Shown here piece by piece: positions 37,881 to 46,100 of a stretch of 64,000 bases of DNA. How positions within the stretch are numbered: position 1 is the first letter of the stretch; each line of letters begins with the position of its first letter. The notes beneath the pieces were generated by a model. That model searched no databases. It had not been told where the DNA came from and worked only from the letters and a program-made list of their open reading frames with translations. The DNA is from Minisyncoccota bacterium (GTDB lineage: Bacteria; Patescibacteriota; Patescibacteriia; Patescibacteriales; UBA12465): positions 1,145 through 65,144 of the forward strand of contig JAIPJA010000002.1 of the NCBI GenBank assembly GCA_021734405.1. Direction: 5' to 3'. Made by a program: the position numbers and the translations under genes.

Positions 37881-39173
37881 ATGAAAATAACTAATAAAGT
37901 AACTATTTTAATATTTTTAATAATCTTAATTTCTGCTGGCTTTTTTTATTTTAAAAATATCCAGGCTGAAGATAATGAGGAAAAACTAGGTGAGGCAGAG
38001 ACAGTCTTAGAAAGTGAAAATGATGAAAACAAGACTCCAAAAGACATTGTTCAAATTATACAAGTAGAAGATGGTCAAACTTATGGCGAGCTCATGAAAA
38101 GCTCAGGTATATCAGTTAGTCTGGCTAATGAAATTTATGAGTCTTCTTTAGAAACCTATGATTTAGCTAGTTTAAGAGCTGGTAAAGAAATTAAATTGTT
38201 TTTTGATCCAGGGAGCAAAGAATTAAAAAGTTTGCTCTACAGTATTGATTCTGAGTCTGAGTTAGTGGTAAAAAATTTAAATTATTTTCCAACTGTAGCA
38301 GATTTAAAGGCTTCTAGCACTGAGGAAGTTGAAGTAAAGGAAAATATTTGGCAGGCAGAAGTTAAAGCCATTGATTATGAAGTAAAGGTAGTTGAAAAAG
38401 AAGGTGAGCTAGCGTCTAGTCTATATAACTGGGCACTGGAAAATAATGTTGATGAAAGAGCGATTATAGAGATGGCTAATGCTTTTCAATGGAGTTTAGA
38501 TTTCGCCATGGATCCTCGCGTTGGTGATACTTTCAAGTTTATTTATGAAGAAAGATATTTAAATGGTAATTATATTATGCCTGGCCAGCTTCTAGCTGCT
38601 AAATATGTTAATGAGGGGGAAAACTATGAAGTATATTATTTTGAAGAAAGTGAAGATAATAAAGGCTATTTTGACAGAGAAGGAAACTCTGTGCAAAAAA
38701 TGTTTTTGAAAGCCCCGGTAGCTTTTAAATATATTTCTTCAGGCTTTACTACAGGACTAAGATATATTAGCGCTTTTAATATTTCTACTGGTCATAGAGC
38801 CATTGACTACGCAGCCGCTTATGGCACCCCTATAAGGACTGTAGGCGATGGAACGGTAGTTATGGCTAAATATAATGGTTCTTATGGCAATATGGTTTCT
38901 GTTAGACACAATGGAACTTATAGTACCAACTATGGCCATATGTCAAAGTTTGCTGTTAGCTACGGAGAAAAAGCAAAACAAGGAGATATTATTGGTTATA
39001 TAGGTTCAACAGGACTTTCTACTGGACCTCATCTTCATTATGAAATGGTTAAAAATGGAGTTAAAATTAATCCTCTTTTAGAGGTACTACCTCCAGGTGA
39101 ACCTATTAAAGAGGAAAACAAAGAAAGATTTTTTGAAAGCATTAAGTCTTGGCAAGAGAAGTTAAATAACTAA
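37881..39173 (+). CDS. M23-family metallopeptidase (peptidoglycan endopeptidase)
   Basis: HRAIDYAA and GSTGLSTGPHLHYE motifs, with an N-terminal TM anchor. Confidence 0.85.
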   Translation: MKITNKVTILIFLIILISAGFFYFKNIQAEDNEEKLGEAETVLESENDENKTPKDIVQIIQVEDGQTYGELMKSSGISVSLANEIYESSLETYDLASLRAGKEIKLFFDPGSKELKSLLYSIDSESELVVKNLNYFPTVADLKASSTEEVEVKENIWQAEVKAIDYEVKVVEKEGELASSLYNWALENNVDERAIIEMANAFQWSLDFAMDPRVGDTFKFIYEERYLNGNYIMPGQLLAAKYVNEGENYEVYYFEESEDNKGYFDREGNSVQKMFLKAPVAFKYISSGFTTGLRYISAFNISTGHRAIDYAAAYGTPIRTVGDGTVVMAKYNGSYGNMVSVRHNGTYSTNYGHMSKFAVSYGEKAKQGDIIGYIGSTGLSTGPHLHYEMVKNGVKINPLLEVLPPGEPIKEENKERFFESIKSWQEKLNN

Positions 39174-39324
39174 ATATATTTTAAATTTTGTTTATAAGGC
39201 TACTCATAAGTTAGCTTGTTAGTCAGAGTCTTATAAATCTTCCGATAATGTACATTATTTGTTATTATTAAAGTATAAAGTTTAGATAAAAACTAGTTAT
39301 ACGCAATTCAAAAAATATTTTTCT

Positions 39325-39539
39325 AACGGAGAATAAGGAATGATAGGCTTTCAAAGAGGAATAAATTTGATTTTTTCTAAAAAAAGGAGGGGGATAATAT
39401 GGTGTTTTCTCCACTTCTTTCCGAAAACGATTTATTTATAAATTGAAAAAGGTAACAAAACTTATATAATACAAATAACTTTTAATTTATTATGGAGGAT
39501 TTAATGACTCAGAAAAATTTATTAAAAAAAGAAAAGATA
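39325..39539 (+). repeat. Copy A of a ~170-215-bp repeat covering the cassette leader plus the first ~16 codons
   Basis: Aligns with 40270-40441, apart from a ~28-nt and a ~12-nt insertion in copy A. Includes AACGGAGAATAAGGA, ATGATAGGCTTTC, hairpin 39404-39428 and AACTTTTAATTTATTATGGAGGAT. Confidence 0.85.
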
Positions 39540-40262
39540 AAGGCTTTCTCTATAAAAATATCAAAAAAACTTAATCATAGTATTTGGTTGAAACTTCTGG
39601 TTTTTATTCTACTTTTCATTTTCTTGGTTATAGTGTCCACATTATATCAACCAATTGCTGAGCTAGGCGGAAGGCTCTTTGAACCCATCTCTCTCAAAAC
39701 TTTCTTGGATACATTGACTCCTCCAGAAATGTACACTTTTTTACCATATCTAATCGTTCTCCTATTTGTTCCATTTTCAGGAATATTTTTTGCCTTTAAT
39801 CGTAGAATTAGCGTGGTTCAAGTCATTTCGTTTTATCTTGCCATTATATGTATGTGGCTGATTGCTTTGGCAATTTATATTGTTTTTCCGACAACTGCTT
39901 CGGAAGTTATGATTACTTCATATGACGAATACGCAGCATATTATTTGATATATGAAGGAGCATTCCAAACACTGCAAAACTTATATGGAGCGAGTACTCC
40001 TCTTGGAGATTTTCCTAGTCTACATGTAGCACCACTTATGTTGATGGGTATTTTCCTTCGCAAACATTGGAAGACATTGTTTTGGATATTCTTACCTATC
40101 GCATTTATTGGTGCGACTGGAACATATTTATTGAAATTTCACACGGTTATAGGATTTTTAGGCGGAGTAGCACTGGGATATTTTGGTTATTATGTCTTGT
40201 ACGAAAAAGTCGTTCATAAGTATCTCAGTAAATTTTTTATAGAAAAGGAAAGCCTATCATAA
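39492..40262 (+). CDS. Polytopic membrane protein, PAP2_3-like (FPSLH motif), with a borrowed N-terminus
   Basis: 256 aa with DFPSLHVAP and a degenerate distal H motif. The first 19 aa (MEDLMTQKNLLKKEKIKAF) are nearly identical to those of the next, unrelated gene. Confidence 0.6.
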   Translation: MEDLMTQKNLLKKEKIKAFSIKISKKLNHSIWLKLLVFILLFIFLVIVSTLYQPIAELGGRLFEPISLKTFLDTLTPPEMYTFLPYLIVLLFVPFSGIFFAFNRRISVVQVISFYLAIICMWLIALAIYIVFPTTASEVMITSYDEYAAYYLIYEGAFQTLQNLYGASTPLGDFPSLHVAPLMLMGIFLRKHWKTLFWIFLPIAFIGATGTYLLKFHTVIGFLGGVALGYFGYYVLYEKVVHKYLSKFFIEKESLS

Positions 40263-40297
40263 GAGTTAGAACGAAAAATAAGGAATGATAGGCTTTC
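40248..40297. repeat. Complete boundary site: 13-bp inverted arms GAAAGCCTATCAT / ATGATAGGCTTTC separated by 24 nt
   Basis: Left arm 40248-40260 (encodes the last codons and stop of the upstream gene), right arm 40285-40297. A right arm alone lies at 39340-39352 and a left arm alone at 41618-41630. Confidence 0.85.
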
Positions 40298-40441
40298 AGA
40301 GTGGAATATAATGGTGTTTTCTCCACTCCGTTCCGAAAACAATTTGTTTTTTAAAGACAAAACTTATATAAGAATTATAACTTTTAATTTATTATGGAGG
40401 ATTCAATGACTCAGGAAAAATTATTAAAAAAAGAAAAGATA
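40270..40441 (+). repeat. Copy B of the leader/N-terminus repeat
   Basis: See copy A. Contains hairpin 40316-40340. Confidence 0.85.
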
Positions 40442-41533
40442 CTCGCATTTGATTATCTTAGAACCTTTGTAATTATTCTTGTAGTTTTACATCATGCAAT
40501 TTTAGCATATGTGACATTTATTGATTATTCTGGGGAGTATCTTGTTGCAGATATTGTTCCATCTACCAATTTATTAAATCCAATATTTGATACTGCAAAA
40601 TCTTGGGTTTTTGATATAATTCTTACAATAAATGACCAGTATTTCATGAGTTTGCTATTCCTCTTATCTGGATTGTTTATATATAATAGCTACGAAAGAA
40701 AAGGAACAAAGAAATTCTTTAAGGATAGATTTGTAAGATTAGGGGTTCCTTTTTTACTTTTTGTACCAACAATAATTCCTATTGCTTATTATTTTGCACA
40801 TTTGCAATGGTCAATAAATGGAAATACTGCCCTAAGCTTTTTCGGTTTTTGGTTAGAATATGCTAAAGCTGGTTTTTTTGCATCAGGTCCTCTTTGGTTT
40901 TTATGGGTACTTCTTTTATTTAACCTTATAGTAGTTTTATTATTCTTCAGACCTAAAATAGAAAATAGAATAAAAAATTTAAAAATATTCGAACATCCAG
41001 TATATCTTTTTATAGCCTTATTGTTAATTTCCACTATATCGTTTTTTCCATTATTGTTGATCTTTGGAGGTTCATGGATCGGTGTTGGTCCATTTACTGT
41101 TCAAGGCTCTAGAGTATTGCATTATTTTATTTTCTTTTTATTTGGGACATTTTTAGGAATGTATGGTCTTGAAAAAACTATGTTCAAACCAAATTCAAGT
41201 TTCACAAAATTTTGGTGGATTTATTTAATTATTGGTTTAATCTCTTTTCTATTCTTTTTCCCACTATCTTGTGTATCTCTTAGTTTTGCTACAATAGGAT
41301 TTTTCCTGCGTTATACTAAAAAAAGAAATTTATTAATGGATAGTTTGAATAAAAATGCTTTCGGAATTTATATTTTTCATTATATGTTTATAGCAGGACT
41401 ACAATTTATTTTACTCGGAATCAATATATCAGCAATTACTAAAGGTATTATAGTCTTTTTTGGAGCCTTAGTTTTGAGTTGGGGCTTCAGTTCTGTATTT
41501 CGCAAAATCCCTATAGTCGGAAGAATAATATAA
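40394..41533 (+). CDS. Acyltransferase family 3 (OafA/YrhL-like) membrane protein
   Basis: 379 aa with about 10 TM helices and the N-terminal signature FDYLRTFVIILVVLHH. Confidence 0.8.
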   Translation: MEDSMTQEKLLKKEKILAFDYLRTFVIILVVLHHAILAYVTFIDYSGEYLVADIVPSTNLLNPIFDTAKSWVFDIILTINDQYFMSLLFLLSGLFIYNSYERKGTKKFFKDRFVRLGVPFLLFVPTIIPIAYYFAHLQWSINGNTALSFFGFWLEYAKAGFFASGPLWFLWVLLLFNLIVVLLFFRPKIENRIKNLKIFEHPVYLFIALLLISTISFFPLLLIFGGSWIGVGPFTVQGSRVLHYFIFFLFGTFLGMYGLEKTMFKPNSSFTKFWWIYLIIGLISFLFFFPLSCVSLSFATIGFFLRYTKKRNLLMDSLNKNAFGIYIFHYMFIAGLQFILLGINISAITKGIIVFFGALVLSWGFSSVFRKIPIVGRII

Positions 41534-41540
41534 CTTTCAA

Positions 41541-41589
41541 GTTTTGAAAAATGAAATTCACCCCTAACCCCTCTTTCATTTTTCAAAAC
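41541..41589. repeat. Perfect 16-bp inverted repeat hairpin with a C-rich 17-nt loop
   Basis: GTTTTGAAAAATGAAA (41541-41556) pairs with TTTCATTTTTCAAAAC (41574-41589). The loop is TTCACCCCTAACCCCTC. No T-run follows on either strand. Confidence 0.8.
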
Positions 41590-41715
41590 GAAAAAAATCA
41601 AATTTATAAGAATTGAAGAAAGCCTATCATGAGAATTAAGAACGAAAAATATTTTTTGAACTCACTCCGCTACGCTTCGTGCCACGCTGCGCTCTCCTCC
41701 TTTCAGTCGTCGGGG

Positions 41716-41817
41716 CGTATAACAAGGGATATACGGTTCAGCCCTCGGCTCGGGCTTCACTCAAATTTTTCTTCCACTTCGTTCCAGAAAAACTTCGTAT
41801 ATCCCTAACGTTATATT
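41716..41817 (+). repeat. attC-like site 1: R''-L'' ... L'-R' imperfect inverted repeat, about 100 bp
   Basis: CGTATAAC-A-AGGGATATACG (41716-41735) pairs with CGTATATCCCT-AAC-GTTATA (41796-41815). This gives a 6-bp R pair (TATAAC/GTTATA), an asymmetric 1x3 internal loop and an 11-bp L pair. Confidence 0.6.
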
Positions 41818-41871
41818 AAATTACAAGGGTAGGCCAATAACTTTATATATTTTATAATTTTTTAATTTATT

Positions 41872-42531
41872 ATGATTGAAGCATTAATATTTGATATGGA
41901 TGGTGTTTTAGTAAAATCTGAAGGTGCTATTTCTACATCATTTAATAAAGTGCTAGAAAAATACGGTGTAAAACTTAACCCAGAAAACAAGAAAAAATAT
42001 CTAGGGCGTTCGTTAAGAGATCAATTACAGATGATGAAAGAAGAATATCCTCAAATACCAAAAGAATTAAACATTCAACAATTTAGCAAAGAAGCGTTTC
42101 AATATCAACTAGAATTATTAAAAGAAGAGCTAGTACCTAAAATTTTAATAAAAGAATTCATTAAAAAAGCTAAAGAGAACAATATAAAAATTGCAGTAGC
42201 AACTTCAAGTTTAAGATATAGAGCAGAAATATTCTTAAAATTAATCGATATTTTTAATGAACTAGATATATTGCTAACCTCAGAAGAGGTTAGCAATCAT
42301 AAACCACATCCAGATATTTTTCTAGAAACCGCAAAAAGATTAGAGGTTTTACCTGATAACTGTGTAGTAATTGAAGATGCAAAAAATGGAATTGATGGCG
42401 CTCAAGCTGCAAAAATGAAAACTATAGGAGTAATCACAGAGAACCGTTCTATAGAGGAATTAAAACATGCTGATTTGATAGTTAATAGTCTCACAGAATT
42501 AAATATTGAAAAAATTAAAAAATTATTCTAA
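41872..42531 (+). CDS. HAD-superfamily hydrolase (beta-phosphoglucomutase/phosphatase-like)
   Basis: Motif I FDMDGVLV, motif II ATSS, and a C-terminal EDAKNGIDGAQAAKM. Confidence 0.8.
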   Translation: MIEALIFDMDGVLVKSEGAISTSFNKVLEKYGVKLNPENKKKYLGRSLRDQLQMMKEEYPQIPKELNIQQFSKEAFQYQLELLKEELVPKILIKEFIKKAKENNIKIAVATSSLRYRAEIFLKLIDIFNELDILLTSEEVSNHKPHPDIFLETAKRLEVLPDNCVVIEDAKNGIDGAQAAKMKTIGVITENRSIEELKHADLIVNSLTELNIEKIKKLF

Positions 42532-42603
42532 TCTAAAGGTCGACCCTTGTAAATCTGAAATTTCCCTTCGGGACGTTGCACTAAATTTCAGCCCTGAGGG
42601 GAA

Positions 42604-42696
42604 TATAACAAGGATTATGAGGTTACGAAGTCTTGCAGACTTCTCCACCCAAATTGCTCCCTACGGTCGCAACTTCTCATATCCCTGACGTTATCT
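42604..42696 (+). repeat. attC-like site 2, homologous to site 1
   Basis: TATAAC-A-AGGATTATGAG (42604-42621) pairs with CTCATATCCCT-GAC-GTTAT (42676-42694). The upstream TTTCAG...GGGG block is shared with site 1. Confidence 0.6.
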
Positions 42697-42728
42697 GAAA
42701 TCCATTTTTTAACTTTTTAAATAACACT

Positions 42729-42890
42729 ATGAGCAAAACAATAAAAATCTCATTGCTTATTATCGCTGGCTTGTTAGTACTTAACGGATTAATAAACATT
42801 TCTGATAATGGAAGTATTTTAGCTTATGACATTACCGCTATTTTATCTGGGATTGGATTTACTATTGTTGCTTTATCTAAGAAAGCATAA
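42729..42890 (+). CDS. Possible 53-aa two-TM membrane peptide (last cassette)
   Basis: MSKTIKISLLIIAGLLVLNGLINISDNGSILAYDITAILSGIGFTIVALSKKA. Below the track cutoff. Begins 35 nt after attC-like site 2. Confidence 0.4.
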   Translation: MSKTIKISLLIIAGLLVLNGLINISDNGSILAYDITAILSGIGFTIVALSKKA

Positions 42891-43141
42891 AAGTTTAATA
42901 TCATTATTAGTGTATATATAAGTTTTGAGTCTTTTCGATATTCTTCCTAAGTTTCAAAATCCCACCCTTTATAAAGATAAAGCAGGTGGTTTTTTTAATT
43001 CAACTAAATTAATCCATGTTTAAAGCCTATTAAAGCTTTTTTTGTATATAGCAATATTTTTTTTAATTTGTAAACTAGTTTTTAATTGTTGCTTTTGGTA
43101 TTATGATAGTAAAGAGATGCTAAAAAATATTTAAATTAATT

Positions 43142-46100
43142 ATGAGCTTTGTCCACCTCCACAATCATACCCACTATTCTTTACTTGATGGCTTAACTAA
43201 GATACCTGAGTTAGTAAAAAGAGCTAAAGAGCAGGGCTCCCCAGCTGTGGCTATTACTGATCACGGTAATATGTACGGGGTTATTGACTTTTATCAAACC
43301 TGTAAAAAGGAAGGCATTAAACCCATTATAGGGGTAGAGGCTTATTTAGCTAGAGGCAGTCGTTTTGATAAGGCTACTAGAGATGATGCTAGAAACTATC
43401 ATTTAGTGCTTTTAGCGAAAAATAATACTGGTTACAAAAACCTTATTAAACTAACCACTAAAGCGCATTTAGAAGGTTTTTATTACAAACCTAGAATAGA
43501 TTGGGAAATTTTAAAAGAACATAGTGAAGGTTTAATTGCTATGAGTGCTTGTTTGGGTGGAGAAATGGCTCAACTAATTAGATCTGGAAACTTAGAAACA
43601 GTTAAAAAAAGAGCTTTAGAGTATAAAGAGTTGTTTGGTGAAGATAATTTCTATTTAGAATTAATGGATCATCCTCAACTTGAAGGCCAAGCTGAAATTA
43701 ATGAAACTTTAATCAAATTAGGTAAAGAGCTAAAAATACCACTAGTAGCTACTAATGATATTCATTATTTAAAAACTGAAGATGATGAAGCTCAGGATAT
43801 ATTACTTTGTTTGCAAAATAAAAAGAAAAGAAACGATAGTGATCGCATGAGCATGTTAGGGGAAGATTATTCTATGAAGAGTAATCAAAAGATGGTGGAG
43901 GTTTTTTCTCATGTACCTGAGGCTATAGAAAATACTGTAAAAATAGCAGAAAAATGTAATGTAGAAATTGAATTAGGTAAAACCCAATTACCTTATTTTG
44001 AGGTGCCAAGTGACTATAATGAAAATTCATATTTACGTTACCTTTGCGAAGAAGGACTTAAGAAAAGATTTGCCTGTGACTATAATAGCGCTACTCAAGA
44101 GCTAAAAGAAAGAATGGATTATGAATTAAAGGTTATAGAGAAAATGGGTTGGCCTTCCTACTTTTTAATTGTGGCTGATTTTGTTAATTGGGCCAAGGAC
44201 AATAAAATAGTGGTAGGTCCAGGCAGAGGTAGTGCGGCCGGTTCTTTAGTTTGTTATTTAACTGGTATTACTAATATTGACCCTTTGCATTATGATTTGC
44301 TATTTGAAAGATTTTTAAATCCAGAAAGAGTTTCCATGCCTGATATTGATATGGACTTTGCCGATACTAGAAGAGATGAAGTTATTCAATATGTAGCTGA
44401 TAAATATGGCCATGATAGAGTGGCGCAAATAATTACTTTTGGAACTATGGCGGCTAGAGCGGCTGTTAGAGATGTAGGTAGAGTTCTAGATGTGCCTTAT
44501 GAGTTTTGTGATAAACTTTCCAAGGCTATTCCGATGTTTTCCAAAATTAAAGAAGCTTTAAAAATAGTTCCAGAGTTAAAAGAAGCTTATGACAATGACT
44601 CTCAAGCTAGACAAATTTTAGACTACGCTATGCGTTTAGAGGGTGTTTCCAGACATAGCTCCACCCATGCTTGCGGGGTACTTATAACCAAAGATGCTTT
44701 AGATGAGCATGTGCCACTTCAATATGCTTCTTCTTCAGATAAAAGTATTGTTTCTCAATATTCCCTACATCCAGTAGAAGACTTAGGGCTTTTGAAGATG
44801 GATTTTTTAGGTTTAAAAAACTTAACCATTATTGAGTCAGCTTTGAGGATTATAAAAAACACTAGAGGAGAAGACATTGATATTGAAAGTATACCTTTAA
44901 ATGATGAGTTAGCTTATAACTTATTTCAAGAAGGTAATACTACTGGAGTTTTTCAATTTGAGTCCTCAGGCATGAAAAGATATTTACGAGAGTTAAAGCC
45001 TAGTGAATTTGAAGATATTATTGCTATGGTAGCGCTATATCGTCCCGGTCCTATGGAGTGGATTCCTGACTATATTTCTGGTAAGCATGGACAGAAAAAA
45101 GTTTCTTACCTTCATCCTAAGCTAGAGCATATATTAGACAAAACTTACGGAGTAGCTATTTATCAAGAGCAAGTTATGCAAATTGCTCGAGATTTAGCTG
45201 GTTTTACTATGGGCGAGGCTGATGTGCTTAGAAAAGCCATGGGTAAAAAGATTCCTGAGCTTTTAGCTAAGCAAAAAGAAAAATTTGTTGAAGGTTGTGT
45301 TAAAAATCAAATTCATAGTGAGTTGGCAGAGAAAATATTTTCATTTATTGAACCTTTCGCTGGTTATGGTTTTAACCGTAGTCATGCCGCTTGTTATGCT
45401 TTAATTGGTTATCAAACCGCCTATTTAAAAGCTCACTGGCCAGTGGAGTTTATGGCGGCGTTACTGACAGCTGATCAACACAACACTGATAGAATAGCGG
45501 TAGAAATAGATGAATGTAGAAAAATGCAGATAAATATTATGCCTCCAGATATTAATGAGTCTTATGATTCTTTTACAGTCGTAACCAGTGGTACTACTGA
45601 AAACAAATTAGCCAAAAAAGATGAAAAAGTAGATACTATTCGCTTTGGTTTAAATGCTATAAAAAACGTAGGTGAGCATATTGTAGATGTTATTATTGAA
45701 GAAAGAAAAAAGAATGGCAGGTATAAGGATATTTATGAATTTTTAGAAAGAATAACTGATAAAGATTTAAATAAAAAGTCTTTGGAAAGCTTAATTAAAT
45801 GTGGAGGTTTAGATAATTATGGTGATAGAGGTCAACTTTTATATAATTTAGAAACCTTATTAAAAATTAATAAAGAGTCTGCTCAAGAAAAAGCTAGTGG
45901 TCAAACTAGTTTATTTGGATCTGAAAATGGTTTTCAAATTAAAGCTCAACCTATTAAATTAGCTAATGGAGGTGAGCTTAGCCAAGCAGAAAAATTAAGC
46001 TGGGAAAAAGAGCTTTTAGGTCTATATATCTCTGAGCATCCTTTTTCTGAATTTAAGGAAAAACTAAATGGCTATATAGTTAGTCTGAGTCAATTAAAAG

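Larger units (their letters stand above)
39325..42890 (+). mobile_element. Integron-like gene-cassette array with no integrase in the window: four same-strand genes separated by structured boundary repeats
   Basis: Boundary modules lie at 39325-39491, 40248-40393, 41541-41871 and 42532-42728. There are attC-like R/L-box sites and 13-bp inverted arms. The array sits between the housekeeping M23 peptidase and dnaE. Confidence 0.45.

Noticed and set aside
39174-39324. Search for an attI-like site, an integrase remnant or a promoter Pc upstream of the first cassette.
   Set aside because: The 150 nt between the M23 stop and the first boundary module are featureless AT-rich sequence, with no ORF fragment or recognisable recombinase-binding repeats.
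42506-42688. ORF 42506..42688 (+, 60 aa) after the HAD gene.
   Set aside because: It runs across attC-like site 2 and the conserved boundary sequence, overlaps the HAD gene's 3' end, and has no sensible start context.
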